Positions 27,241 to 36,662 are shown, counted from the first letter of the stretch. The stretch: DNA of 37,530 bases from a virus (IMGVR_UViG_3300037462_000666:1-37530), one strand, 5' to 3'. The notes: generated by a model not told the origin, from the letters alone. Program-made: numbers and translations.

Positions 27241-27843
27241 ATGACTACGTCCAATACTGATCGACGCCGACGTCAACTCGCCGCAGTGCATATGGCTAGT
27301 AAGGCCCTGGGTCTGGACGAGGACACCTATCGCGCGCTGCTGGAGCGGGTCAGCGCGACGGTAGGCCCGGCGGTGCGCAGTGCAGGCCACCTCAACGCGG
27401 GCCAGATCCACGCGGTGCTGGAGGAGCTGAAGCGCCTTGGTGGTCTCAAACCGTCGCCGAAGACGAAGGGCAAGCCAGCGAACTTCGAGCAGCTGCCCGA
27501 GATGATCACCAAGGTCGAGGCCTTGCTCGCGGACATGAAGCTGCCCTGGTCGTATGCGGACGCGATCGCCATGCGCCAGTTCCAGGTCCAGAGAGTCGCC
27601 TGGTGCCGGAAGGAGGACCAACTGCGCGCGATCATTGCGGCGCTGCACGTCGAGCAGGAGAAGCGCGAGCTGCTCGCCGGCATCGAGCGGACCTGCCAGC
27701 GCGTCGGCATGACTCTCATCGAGCTGGAGTTCCGCTACGGCTTGAACAAGGTCAAGGGCTGGCAGCGCAACCGAAAGGCCTTGAAGGTAGTCGGCGAAAC
27801 GCTCGCCAGCGAGTTTCCTCAGGCGGAGACTGGCCGCGCATGA
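27241..27843 (+). CDS. gemA: GemA / Mu gp16 (DUF1018)
   Basis: RRRQLAAVHMA.KALGLDEDTYRALL; KVEALLADMKLPWSYADA. Confidence 0.9.
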   Translation: MTTSNTDRRRRQLAAVHMASKALGLDEDTYRALLERVSATVGPAVRSAGHLNAGQIHAVLEELKRLGGLKPSPKTKGKPANFEQLPEMITKVEALLADMKLPWSYADAIAMRQFQVQRVAWCRKEDQLRAIIAALHVEQEKRELLAGIERTCQRVGMTLIELEFRYGLNKVKGWQRNRKALKVVGETLASEFPQAETGRA

Positions 27844-28397
27844 GCGTCCGCCTCACATGCCCCGCCTGCGGCTGCCAAGGCGATGCCGAAGCGTTCCTGG
27901 TCGAGGACGAGGCCAAGCGCTTCGCTGCGCGCTTCGCCGCTATGGAGCCTGCTCTCGGCCGCGCGGTGCTGGGCTACCTGCGGCTGTTCAAGCCCGCGAG
28001 GCAAGCGTTGCGCCTGTCGCGGGCAACGAAGCTGGTCGATGAGCTGGTCGAGATGATCGAGCCTGGCACGGTCTGCCGCGACGAGCGCAGCGGCGCGCGA
28101 CGTGCGGCGCCCCAGGCGCTTTGGGCGGCAGGGATGGAGCAGATGCTGGCCAGCCCGCCCAGCGGTCTGCCGCTGGCGAATCACCACTACCTACGCGCCG
28201 TCGTATGGGGGCTTGCGGACGAGGCCGCCGCGGCGGCTGAACGCAAGGTCGAGGAAGACCGTAAAGCGGGGCGCCACCGTGCGCCCACAAAGGCGGAGCC
28301 CGAGGACAAGGCCGCGACGCGGCGCGCGTTCGCGCGCCAGATGGTGGACCTGGGCACCTGGACACAGGAGAAGGCCGATGAATACCTCCAAGGCTGA
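27840..28397 (+). CDS. Conserved Mu-like middle protein with N-terminal CxxC (185 aa)
   Basis: CPACG; YLRLFKP..QAL; LPLANHHYL; ATGA overlap. Confidence 0.75.
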   Translation: MSVRLTCPACGCQGDAEAFLVEDEAKRFAARFAAMEPALGRAVLGYLRLFKPARQALRLSRATKLVDELVEMIEPGTVCRDERSGARRAAPQALWAAGMEQMLASPPSGLPLANHHYLRAVVWGLADEAAAAAERKVEEDRKAGRHRAPTKAEPEDKAATRRAFARQMVDLGTWTQEKADEYLQG

Positions 28398-28809
28398 GCA
28401 GCCCGAGCTGTTCGACGCGTTGACCTGCGACCCGCTCGACCTCATCGAGCGCGGCGGCGAAGCGCTGGCCGAGACCAGCCGCTGGCCCCAGCGCCTGCAG
28501 GAGCTATTCGACATCGAGCTGCGCTACTCCCGCCGCAGCATGGACGAAAAGAGCGCCTCGGCAGACGCCGGGGCGCGCACCATCCTGATCGCCGACTACC
28601 TCGGCGGCAGCAGCATCTACCTGCCGCGCGGTGATGCGCTGCGCCAGGCAGTACGCGATGCCATCATCTACGCCCGCTACAAGGGACAGGCCAATCACGA
28701 CGAGCTGGCGCGCGAGTTCGGAATGACCTCCATCCACCTGTACGAGGTGATCGCCCGCGAGAAGCGCCGGCAGCTCAAGCGCAGGCAGGGGCGATTGTTC
28801 CAGGACTGA
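28378..28809 (+). CDS. mor: Mor/C family transcription activator
   Basis: LGGSSIYLPRG...RDA.IY..Y.G...ELAREFG.T...LYEVI. Confidence 0.92.
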   Translation: MNTSKAEQPELFDALTCDPLDLIERGGEALAETSRWPQRLQELFDIELRYSRRSMDEKSASADAGARTILIADYLGGSSIYLPRGDALRQAVRDAIIYARYKGQANHDELAREFGMTSIHLYEVIAREKRRQLKRRQGRLFQD

Positions 28810-28894
28810 CCCGCTGCTACAGTGCGCGCGCCCTCCATCGGGGTTGCGCCATAGAACAATCCGACCAGGCCCGCCACGTGCGGGCCTGAGTCGT

Positions 28895-28939
28895 TTTCAG
28901 CCTGCTGAAACGCTCGATCGTTCTCCGCCGAAGCACTCT
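28895..28939 (+). promoter_or_regulatory. Late promoter 1 (Mor/C-type dyad plus -10) for the lysis-packaging block
   Basis: Perfect dyad TTTCAGC-CT-GCTGAAA, C, then N22-CACTCT. Confidence 0.65.
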
Positions 28940-28981
28940 GACTGCACCAGCGCACCGCGTGCTGGTGTCCTCGTGGGTCTA

Positions 28982-29014
28982 GGGGCGGCGGGCGTCGGGC
29001 CTGCCGCCCCCTTT
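28982..29014 (+). terminator. Terminator-like hairpin in the holin leader
   Basis: 12-bp stem (one G-U) followed by CTTT, just before the holin RBS. Confidence 0.45.
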
Positions 29015-29025
29015 CGGAGAGCGGC

Positions 29026-29334
29026 ATGCAAACCACTCAGCAGACTGCATCGCGCGCGCGGCGCGCGTTCGACAAGCTGACCAGCCAGCCCGTGCTGCTG
29101 GTCGCGATCGCCACCTTCGCGGTGGTGCTGTTCCTGAACCCCATGAAGCTGGGCCTGATGCTGTACGGCATCGCCAAGCTCACCGCGTTCGCCTTCGCAG
29201 GCGACTGGGTCGACAGCCGCATCTTCAAGCGCGCCCAGCCCGAGCAGCTCGACGGCATCGCGCAGGGGACGGCCTGGAAGCGCAAGGGTCTGATCGTGGC
29301 CGCGGCGATCATCGCTGGCGCGCTGGTGCCCTGA
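29026..29334 (+). CDS. Putative holin
   Basis: Small 3-TM protein directly before the endolysin; GDWVDSRIF and KRKGLIVAA motifs. Confidence 0.8.
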   Translation: MQTTQQTASRARRAFDKLTSQPVLLVAIATFAVVLFLNPMKLGLMLYGIAKLTAFAFAGDWVDSRIFKRAQPEQLDGIAQGTAWKRKGLIVAAAIIAGALVP

Positions 29335-30029
29335 TGAATGGACACCGCCTTCTCGTGCTTCTGCTGGCCGCCTTTCTCCTGGCGGCCGCGGGTGGTGTAC
29401 GTGCAGTGTCCGCCCCGGAGTCATCTGCGGGAGCAGCTGCACAGCAGCTGCAGCGTGTCGACGCCGCGGCCGTGGCTGCGGTTCGCATCCCATCCGCCAG
29501 CGTGGGCTATCGCCTGCAGGTGGAGCGTGCTGCCGCTGAATACTTCGGCCTGCAGGCGAGTCCGGCGCGGCACGCGGCACAGATCCACCAGGAGTCGGCG
29601 TGGCGCCCGACAGCGGCCAGCGCCTACGCCCAAGGCCTCGCCCAGTTCACGCCCGCGACCGCGAAGTGGCTGCCTGAGGTCTGCCCCGAGCTGTGGGGCT
29701 TCGACCCCTGGGACCCGTCGCAGTCGATCCGCGCAGCCGCTTGCTACAACCGCTGGATCTACAACCAGGTGACCGCGGCCAGCGAGTGCGATCGCTGGGC
29801 CTACACCCTGTCCGCCTACAACGGCGGCCTGGGCTGGGTGCGTCGTGACCGAACGCTGGCGTCGGCTTCGGGGGCCGATCCTGCTCGCTGGTTCGGTCAC
29901 GTGGAGGCCCACTCGCGACGCGCGAAGTGGGCCATCCGCGAGAACCGCGACTACGTGCGTCGAATCCTGCTGGTGCTGGAGCCGGCGTACATCCGCGCGG
30001 GCTGGGACGGTGCCCCCGCATGCCCGTAA
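29334..30029 (+). CDS. Endolysin, lytic transglycosylase (SLT) with N-terminal signal/SAR segment
   Basis: AQIHQES, A.GLAQF.P.T, SAYNGGLG, ENRDYV. Confidence 0.92.
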   Translation: MNGHRLLVLLLAAFLLAAAGGVRAVSAPESSAGAAAQQLQRVDAAAVAAVRIPSASVGYRLQVERAAAEYFGLQASPARHAAQIHQESAWRPTAASAYAQGLAQFTPATAKWLPEVCPELWGFDPWDPSQSIRAAACYNRWIYNQVTAASECDRWAYTLSAYNGGLGWVRRDRTLASASGADPARWFGHVEAHSRRAKWAIRENRDYVRRILLVLEPAYIRAGWDGAPACP

Positions 30030-30640
30030 TCACTTCCACCACAGGGCTCGCAAAGGTCGGCGGCGCCAAGCTGCTGCCCTACGCGCTGGTGGCCGCCGTC
30101 GCGCTGGCACTCCTCAGCGCGACTGGCGGGTTTTATGCCGGGCAGGAATTCGAACGAGGCAAGGCCGCACTGGCTGCGCTGCCCGAACTCCGCGCCAACA
30201 ACGTGGCGCTCGCAGAGCACGCCGAAACCATCCGCCGCGAGTCGCTCGCCGCACAGGACCGCTTCCGCCGCTCGGCCTTGGCGCTGGAGCTGGTGCGCAC
30301 CCGCTACGAGGACTCGCTCAATGAGATCGACCGCATCGCCGCGGCACAAGGCGCCGCGCTGGATGAATACCTGGCCTCGCGTCCCGAGCTGGATGTTGTT
30401 CGCCTGGATGCTGACGGCGTGCGCCTCTGGAACGCCGCGGCGCGCGGCACCGATCCCGCCCAGCCCGCCGCCGGAGGCACCAGCGGCCGAGCTGCGCAGG
30501 CCCTGCCCGGAGACCCTGCCGGAGCTGCAGGAGGGCGCCAGCGTGGCGGACATGCTGCGGACGTGGAAGACAGCCGCGACCCAGTACCGCCAGTGCCGAC
30601 GCCGACAGGCCTCGCTGGCGGAGGGGCTCGACACCTATGA
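30020..30640 (+). CDS. Inner-membrane spanin (Rz-like)
   Basis: N-terminal TM, coiled coil, LDADGVRLWN; follows the endolysin. Confidence 0.8.
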   Translation: MPVITSTTGLAKVGGAKLLPYALVAAVALALLSATGGFYAGQEFERGKAALAALPELRANNVALAEHAETIRRESLAAQDRFRRSALALELVRTRYEDSLNEIDRIAAAQGAALDEYLASRPELDVVRLDADGVRLWNAAARGTDPAQPAAGGTSGRAAQALPGDPAGAAGGRQRGGHAADVEDSRDPVPPVPTPTGLAGGGARHL

Positions 30641-30716
30641 GCAAGCTGTCCAGGCGAACTACTGCGCCGACCTCCGATCCGCAGGGCTCGCCAGCGAGCA
30701 CTGCCCGCAGCCGTGA
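30363..30716 (+). CDS. Outer-membrane spanin lipoprotein (Rz1-like), overlapping in the +1 frame
   Basis: Lipobox LTAC, Pro-rich linker, PCP and YRQC motifs. Confidence 0.8.
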   Translation: MNTWPRVPSWMLFAWMLTACASGTPRRAAPIPPSPPPEAPAAELRRPCPETLPELQEGASVADMLRTWKTAATQYRQCRRRQASLAEGLDTYEQAVQANYCADLRSAGLASEHCPQP

Positions 30717-30921
30717 CCCGGTGCTGCAGCTGCGCGAACACCTGCGCAGCTACGTGCACACGCTCGAAGCGCGCCTCAAGCGAGGCGCGGTCGACGGCGA
30801 GCGCATGACGCCCGCGATCCGCGCGGGCTTCAACGGCCAGTACAGCGCCTTCAGCGCTTGCCTTGCCGATCTGGAAACCGCCCTGCAGGGCAAGAACGTG
30901 GAGAGACGCCCCTGTGTCTGA
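30637..30921 (+). CDS. Hypothetical protein (94 aa)
   Basis: ATGA overlap with the i-spanin stop. Confidence 0.5.
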   Translation: MSKLSRRTTAPTSDPQGSPASTARSRDPVLQLREHLRSYVHTLEARLKRGAVDGERMTPAIRAGFNGQYSAFSACLADLETALQGKNVERRPCV

Positions 30922-31126
30922 CGTGATCGACGCCGCCAATGAGCGCGTGGAGCTGGACCTGCGCCTGGCGCTGGAGGCGCATCAGCGACGCCAGCCGGTG
31001 GCGGGAGCGCCTTGCACCACCTGCGAAGACTGCGAGGGTGCCATCGAGCCCAAGCGGCTGGAGCTGCTGCCGTACACCAGCCGCTGCGCCAGCTGCGCGC
31101 ACGACTTCGAGCGGGGGCTGCGCTGA
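30914..31126 (+). CDS. TraR/DksA C4 zinc-finger protein
   Basis: D.ID.A N-terminus; CEDCEGAIEPKRL...RCASC. Confidence 0.88.
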   Translation: MSDVIDAANERVELDLRLALEAHQRRQPVAGAPCTTCEDCEGAIEPKRLELLPYTSRCASCAHDFERGLR

Positions 31127-31491
31127 TGCCGTCGTGGATTGGGCTCGCCCTGCAGCTGGCTCAGATCGCCGCCGTGCTGGCGTCCGCGGCGGTCAGCCTG
31201 TGGGTCTACATCCGATCGCGCAGTGACACGCGCGACGCGGCGCTGCGCTCTTCGGTTGAAGAGTGCGCCGCCGACATCGAAGTGCTCACGGCCGACGTCA
31301 ATGCGCTCAGCGTGCGCGTGGCGCTGGCGGAGAAGGCGGTGCAGGACATGCCGTCGCATCACGACCTGGAGGGCATTCGCCTGCAGGTGGCCGGGGTCAA
31401 CGGCCAAGTCACCGCACTCAACGAGCGAACGATGAGCACGCACAACGCCGTCGTCCGCATCGAGCAATTCCTGATTGGGGCCAAGCGATGA
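31126..31491 (+). CDS. DUF2730-like (Mu gp25-like) TM/coiled-coil protein
   Basis: N-terminal TM; E..V.DMPS..DL; conserved position before the terminase. Confidence 0.7.
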   Translation: MPSWIGLALQLAQIAAVLASAAVSLWVYIRSRSDTRDAALRSSVEECAADIEVLTADVNALSVRVALAEKAVQDMPSHHDLEGIRLQVAGVNGQVTALNERTMSTHNAVVRIEQFLIGAKR

Positions 31492-31784
31492 GCAAGACCT
31501 TCGCCGATATCGTCACCGAGGACCGCCGCCTGGTGCTGCTGCGCATCCTGCGGGAGCAGAACGCGCGCCGCGCAAACAGCTCGGTTCTGACCGCTGCCAT
31601 GGACCACTACGGCCACGCGATCACACGCGACTACACGCGCACCCAGCTGCGCTGGCTGGAAGAGCAGGGCCTGGTGCAGCTCGAAGACGTCGGGCCGGTG
31701 CTGGTAGCCACCCTGACCGAGCGCGGCGCCGAGTGCGCGCGCGGCTTGGCAGTGGTGGACGGCGTCGCGCGGCCGAGCGCGTAA
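31488..31784 (+). CDS. Mu gp26-like winged-helix protein
   Basis: EDRRLVLLRIL, ANSSVL, L.WLEEQGLV, ATLTERG, GVARP. Confidence 0.82.
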   Translation: MSKTFADIVTEDRRLVLLRILREQNARRANSSVLTAAMDHYGHAITRDYTRTQLRWLEEQGLVQLEDVGPVLVATLTERGAECARGLAVVDGVARPSA

Positions 31785-31787
31785 GCC

Positions 31788-32336
31788 ATGAGCGGCCGCA
31801 AGTCCAAGGTCCACCGCATGCCGCCTGAGCAGCGCGAGTTCATCCAATCGCTGCTGCGCGAGGATCGCTACACGCTCGACGAGATCGTCGGCGAGGTGCG
31901 CGCGCGCTGGCCGGAGGCTGACGTCAGCCGCAGCGGCCTGTACCGCTACCAGGCCGGCTTCCGTGAGATGACCGCGCGCATGCGCGAAATCGAGCACGCG
32001 GCCAGTGCGCTGGTCGGCGAGCTGGGCGAAGGCGTGGGCGAGAAGGCCGGCGCGCTGCTGGCGCAGGCGGTCACCACCCTGGCCACCAATGCGGCGCTTC
32101 GGGCGCAGGAGAACGACGACATCACCGTCGACGAGGTGCGCAAGCTGGCACAGGCCGCGAAGCACGCCATCGACACCCGCCGCATCTCGCTGGCCGAGCG
32201 CGAGCAGATCGAAGAGGCCGCACGCAAGCGGCTGCTGCGCGAGCAGCAGGAGCGGCTGTCGAGCACGGTCAAGGCCGGCGGCCTGTCGCAGGAGTTCGCC
32301 GACACCCTGCGCAAGCAGGTGCTGGGCATCGAATGA
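31788..32336 (+). CDS. Terminase small subunit (DUF3486, Mu gp27-like)
   Basis: GRKSKV..MP; VSRSGLYRY; upstream of TerL. Confidence 0.85.
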   Translation: MSGRKSKVHRMPPEQREFIQSLLREDRYTLDEIVGEVRARWPEADVSRSGLYRYQAGFREMTARMREIEHAASALVGELGEGVGEKAGALLAQAVTTLATNAALRAQENDDITVDEVRKLAQAAKHAIDTRRISLAEREQIEEAARKRLLREQQERLSSTVKAGGLSQEFADTLRKQVLGIE

Positions 32337-33898
32337 GCCAGACGCTCGCCATCCAGCTGCCCGCATCGGACGCCGCGCTCTACAACGCGGCGTCGCCTGC
32401 TGTGTTGCTGCCCTACCAGCAGCGCTGGATCGAGGACACCAGTCAGCTGAAGGTGGCCGAGAAGAGCCGCCGCATTGGCCTGACCTGGGCTGAGGCCGCG
32501 GACAACGTGCTCACCGCGGCTTCGACGCGCGTGGCCGGCGGCCAGAACGTCTACTACATCGGCTACAACATGGACATGGCCATCGAGTACATCGAGGCCT
32601 GCGCCATGTGGGCGCGCGTCTTCAACCAGGCCGCAAGCGCGGTGGAAGAAGGCGAGGAGGTCTTCAAGGAAGGCGACGACGAGCGCCACATCAAGACCTA
32701 CACCATCCGCTTCGCCAGCGGCTTCCGCATCGTCGCGCTGAGCAGCCGCCCAGCGAACCTGCGCGGCAAGCAGGGCGTGGTGGTGATCGACGAAGCTGCA
32801 TTCCACGGCCAGCTCGGCGAGCTGCTCAAGGCTGCGCTGGCGCTGCTGATCTGGGGCGGCCGCGTGCGAGTGATCAGTACCCACGACGGTGACCAGAACC
32901 CGTTCAACGAGCTGGTGCAAGAGATCCGTGCGGGCAAGCGCCGCGGCAGCGTGCATCGCATCGAGTTCAAGCCGGCGGTCAGCGATGGCCTGTACAAGCG
33001 CGTCTGCCTGCGGCTTCGCAAGCTGTATGACGAGGCAGAGCAGGCCGCCTGGGTGCAGAGCGTCTACGACTTCTACGGTGATGCGGCGGACGAGGAACTC
33101 GACGTCATCCCCAGTCAGGGCTCAGGCGCCTGGCTGACCACCACCCTGATCGAGGCCCGGATGTTCGAGGCCCCGGTGCTGCGCTTCACCGCACCGAAGG
33201 GCTTCGAGCAGCGCTCCGACCACGACCGCTGGCAGGCCGTGCAGGACTGGCTGGAATCCGAGGTCGAGCCCCACCTGAAGAAGCTCGATCCGAAGCTCGA
33301 CAGCGTCTTCGGCCAAGACTTTGGTCGCAGCGGCGACCTCACGGTGATGGTGCCCGCGCAGATCCTGCAAAGCCTGACGCGCCGGGCGCCGTTCCTGGTC
33401 GAGCTGCGCAACACACCACACCGGCAGCAGGAGCAGATTGCGAAGTTCATCCTCGATCGGCTGCCGCGCTTCCGGAAGGCCGCGCTCGACGCGCGCGGCA
33501 ACGGCCATGCGCTGTCCGAGTTCCTGGCGCAGGCCTATGGCTACGAGCGCGTCGAGCTGGTGATGCTGTCGGAGACTTGGTACCGCGAGCAGATGCCGCC
33601 GATGAAGGCGGCCTTCGAGGACGCCCAGATCGAGCTGCCGCGCGACAAGGACGTGCTCGCGGACCTGCGCGCAATCAAGGTGGTGCGCGGTGTCGCGCGC
33701 GTTCCAGACGGCAAGGCCAAAGGCAGCGACGGTGGCCAGCGCCACGGCGACGCCGGCATCGCGATCGCACTCATGCACTACGCGAGTCGGCAGGACGTGG
33801 AGGTGATCGACTCGCACCGCGTTCGGCCTGACGACACCTTCGAAGAAGACAACCAGATCCGCACCGGCGCCAACTGGCGCGCGCAGAAGGGGCTGTAA
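32333..33898 (+). CDS. terL: Terminase large subunit (Mu gp28-like)
   Basis: LLPYQ, EKSRRIGLTW, IDEAAF, GQDFGRSGD, HGD. Confidence 0.96.
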   Translation: MSQTLAIQLPASDAALYNAASPAVLLPYQQRWIEDTSQLKVAEKSRRIGLTWAEAADNVLTAASTRVAGGQNVYYIGYNMDMAIEYIEACAMWARVFNQAASAVEEGEEVFKEGDDERHIKTYTIRFASGFRIVALSSRPANLRGKQGVVVIDEAAFHGQLGELLKAALALLIWGGRVRVISTHDGDQNPFNELVQEIRAGKRRGSVHRIEFKPAVSDGLYKRVCLRLRKLYDEAEQAAWVQSVYDFYGDAADEELDVIPSQGSGAWLTTTLIEARMFEAPVLRFTAPKGFEQRSDHDRWQAVQDWLESEVEPHLKKLDPKLDSVFGQDFGRSGDLTVMVPAQILQSLTRRAPFLVELRNTPHRQQEQIAKFILDRLPRFRKAALDARGNGHALSEFLAQAYGYERVELVMLSETWYREQMPPMKAAFEDAQIELPRDKDVLADLRAIKVVRGVARVPDGKAKGSDGGQRHGDAGIAIALMHYASRQDVEVIDSHRVRPDDTFEEDNQIRTGANWRAQKGL

Positions 33899-33901
33899 GC
33901 C

Positions 33902-35443
33902 ATGAAGTCACGCATTCTCGGCCCGGACGGCCAGCCCATCGAATACGACGTGCTGAAGGAAGAGGTCGCCGCAGGCGGCCTCACCGGCATTCGGCAGGTC
34001 TGGCACCCCAGCGAAGCCACGGGGCTCACGCCGGGCAAGCTCGCCCGCATCCTCGAAGACGCCGCGCAAGGCGAGGCCACGGCCTACCTGACGCTGGCCG
34101 AGGAGATGGAAGAGCGCGACCTGCACTACGCCTCGGTGCTGGGCACGCGCAAGCTGGCGCTGGGCAGCCTCAAGATTCGCGTGGACTCACTCAGCGACGA
34201 CAAGGCTGACGTGCGCATCGCGGATGCCGTGCGCGAGCTGGTGGATGACCCGATGTTCGGCGAAGCGGTCTCCGACCTGACCGATGCGCTGGGCAAGGCG
34301 TACAGCGTGGTCGAGATCCTGTGGGATTCCAGCGGACGCGAGTGGCGCCCCAAGAGCCTGAAGCACCGCGATCCGAGGTGGTTCCGCTATGACCGCGAGA
34401 CCGGTCAGGAACTGCGCTTGCTCGACGCGACCGCGCCAGCCGAAGGGCTGCAGCTGGCGCCCTACAAGTTCGTGGTGCACCGGCCGCGCATTCGCGCCGG
34501 GCTGCCGATCCGAGGCGGGCTCGCGCGCCTCGCCGCGCCCGGCTACATGTGCAAGGCCTGGAGCTGGCGCGACTGGATGGCCTTCGCCGACATCTTCGGG
34601 CTGCCGATGCGCGTCGGCCGCTATGGGCCGGGCGCCAGCAAGGCGGATATCAGCAAGCTCATGGCAGCAGTCGCGAACCTCGGCAGCGATGCCGCGGCCG
34701 TGCTGCCTGACAGCACCCGGATCGAGTTCGAGCAGGCTGCCAACGTGGCGGGCGCCGCCGACTTCTTTGAGCGCCTGACCAACTGGTGGGACAAGCAGAT
34801 CAGCAAGGGCGTGCTGGGCCAGACCATGACCTCCGACGACGGCGGGTCTATGGCTCAAGCGAAGGTGCACAACGAAGTCCGCATGGACCTGCTGGAGGCT
34901 GATGCCAACGCACTGCAGAACACGCTCAACCGGCAGTTCGTGCGGCCGTTCGTTGACCTGAATTTCGGGCCTGGGCGCTATCCCAAGCTGGTGGTGCAGG
35001 TACCGCAGCCCGAGGACGTGGCGGCGCTGGTCGACGCGCTGCAGAAGCTGGTGCCGCTGGGACTGGAAGTGGAGCAGAGCGTCATCCGCGACAAGCTGGG
35101 GCTTCCCGATCCGGACCCGAAGGGCGTGCTGTTGCGCCCGCCCGCTGCAGCCGCGCCGCTGGCCTTCAACCGCGCGATCAACCGTGAGCAGCCTGACGCC
35201 AACACGCCCGAACTGCAGGCGGACACTCTGGCGCGCGAGGGCGCGCCGGCGTGGGAAGCCGTGCTCGACCAGGTCGAGGCCATCGTGCAGCGTGCCGAAT
35301 CGCTGGAAGACCTGCGCGCACAGCTTCGGGAGGCCTACGGCGAGCTGTCGAAGGACCAGCTCGGTGAGGTGATGGCGATGGCCTTCGCGGCCGCGGAGCT
35401 GGCCGGACGCTACGAGCTGAGCGAGGGGTCGGTGCGTGGCTGA
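33902..35443 (+). CDS. Portal protein (DUF935, Mu gp29-like)
   Basis: EEMEERDLH, FG.P.RVGRY, QISKGVLGQT, VHNEVR.D. Confidence 0.95.
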   Translation: MKSRILGPDGQPIEYDVLKEEVAAGGLTGIRQVWHPSEATGLTPGKLARILEDAAQGEATAYLTLAEEMEERDLHYASVLGTRKLALGSLKIRVDSLSDDKADVRIADAVRELVDDPMFGEAVSDLTDALGKAYSVVEILWDSSGREWRPKSLKHRDPRWFRYDRETGQELRLLDATAPAEGLQLAPYKFVVHRPRIRAGLPIRGGLARLAAPGYMCKAWSWRDWMAFADIFGLPMRVGRYGPGASKADISKLMAAVANLGSDAAAVLPDSTRIEFEQAANVAGAADFFERLTNWWDKQISKGVLGQTMTSDDGGSMAQAKVHNEVRMDLLEADANALQNTLNRQFVRPFVDLNFGPGRYPKLVVQVPQPEDVAALVDALQKLVPLGLEVEQSVIRDKLGLPDPDPKGVLLRPPAAAAPLAFNRAINREQPDANTPELQADTLAREGAPAWEAVLDQVEAIVQRAESLEDLRAQLREAYGELSKDQLGEVMAMAFAAAELAGRYELSEGSVRG

Positions 35444-36662
35444 TCGAGCCATCCAGGGCGTGCTGCGGCGGCCCTTCGCACAGCAGGTTGCCTTCTTTCG
35501 CGGCAAGCTCGGCAACCTGGTGCCGACTGCAACATGGCGCGACGTGATGCGCCAGCAGCATGACCGCGCGTTCATGGTCGCGGGCGCGCAGAACGCGGAT
35601 TTGCTGGCGGGTCTGGCGGCGTCAATCGACCGCGCGATCGTGCAGGGCACGAGCATTGAGGACTTCCGGCGCGACTTCCGACAGCTGGTGCGCCAGACCG
35701 GCTGGGAGCCCAGTGGCGAGTTCAACCAGCGCACGCGCACGATCTACGGCACCAACCTCCGGACCAGCTATGCAGCCGGCCGCAGCGCGCAGCTGCGCGA
35801 GGACGGCTTTCCGTTCCTGCTCTACAAGCACGGTGGCTCCGCAGATCCGCGCCCTCAGCACCTTGCGTGGGATGGCCTCGTGCTGCCGGCCGATCATCCG
35901 TTCTGGCAGAGCCACACCCCGCCCAACGGCTGGGGCTGCTCCTGCCGCGTGGTGGGCCTACGCCGGCCCGAGGATGCCCGCCGGCTGGGTGGTGATCCGA
36001 GCAAGACGCTGCCGGACGGCTGGGATTCGCGCGACCCGGCAACCGGTGCGCCGAAGGGCATCGACGAGGGCTGGGATTACAGACCCGGCGATACGGTCTC
36101 CGACATCGTCGAGGCGATGGCAGCGAAGACTCAGCAGTGGGAATACACGCTGGCCAAGGCCTACATGCAGGACGTCCCCGAGGCGGTGCGCGATCGCCTG
36201 GCCGAGGCCTACCGCAGGCTGCCGAGCGTCGCCGAGGCGGCCCGGATCTATACGCAGGGAGTGCTGGAAGCGCTGCCGCGGGACGAGTACCTCACGCTGG
36301 GCCTGCTGACTTCGGCGCAATCCGCGACCGTCCAAGCGCTCAAATCCGTCGACGTCACCCGATTTGACTTCGCGCTTGATCGGTTTGGCCCGCTGCACGT
36401 GCGAGAGCACCACGGGAACCAGACGCTTGAGGCCCGCCGCGGGCAGCGTGCGGTGGTGCCTGCGGACTACGGCCGCGTGCCGGCGGTGTTGAACGCACCG
36501 GATGCGATCGAGGACGCTGGCCGCTCCGCGACGTCAGGACAGCCGCTGGTCCGCTATCGCAAGAGGGTAGGAAGCGAGGAGTTTGTAGCGGTATTCGAGC
36601 TGCGCAGGCAGCGCCGGATGTTGGCCCTTGAAACGCTCTACATCCGGGTGATGAAGCCGTGA
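35436..36662 (+). CDS. MuF (gp30) head protein fused to a C-terminal PBECR3-like nuclease domain
   Basis: RAFMVAG, TIY.TN...SY.AGR, PRPQH..WDG, PPNGWGCSC; C-terminal HVREHHG...RGQRAV..ADY..VP.VLN.PD. Confidence 0.88.
   Translation: MADRAIQGVLRRPFAQQVAFFRGKLGNLVPTATWRDVMRQQHDRAFMVAGAQNADLLAGLAASIDRAIVQGTSIEDFRRDFRQLVRQTGWEPSGEFNQRTRTIYGTNLRTSYAAGRSAQLREDGFPFLLYKHGGSADPRPQHLAWDGLVLPADHPFWQSHTPPNGWGCSCRVVGLRRPEDARRLGGDPSKTLPDGWDSRDPATGAPKGIDEGWDYRPGDTVSDIVEAMAAKTQQWEYTLAKAYMQDVPEAVRDRLAEAYRRLPSVAEAARIYTQGVLEALPRDEYLTLGLLTSAQSATVQALKSVDVTRFDFALDRFGPLHVREHHGNQTLEARRGQRAVVPADYGRVPAVLNAPDAIEDAGRSATSGQPLVRYRKRVGSEEFVAVFELRRQRRMLALETLYIRVMKP

Noticed and set aside
20619-36413. Long - strand ORFs opposite early and packaging genes (e.g. 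20619..21914, 34187..35740)
   Set aside because: Shadow ORFs of well-supported + strand genes
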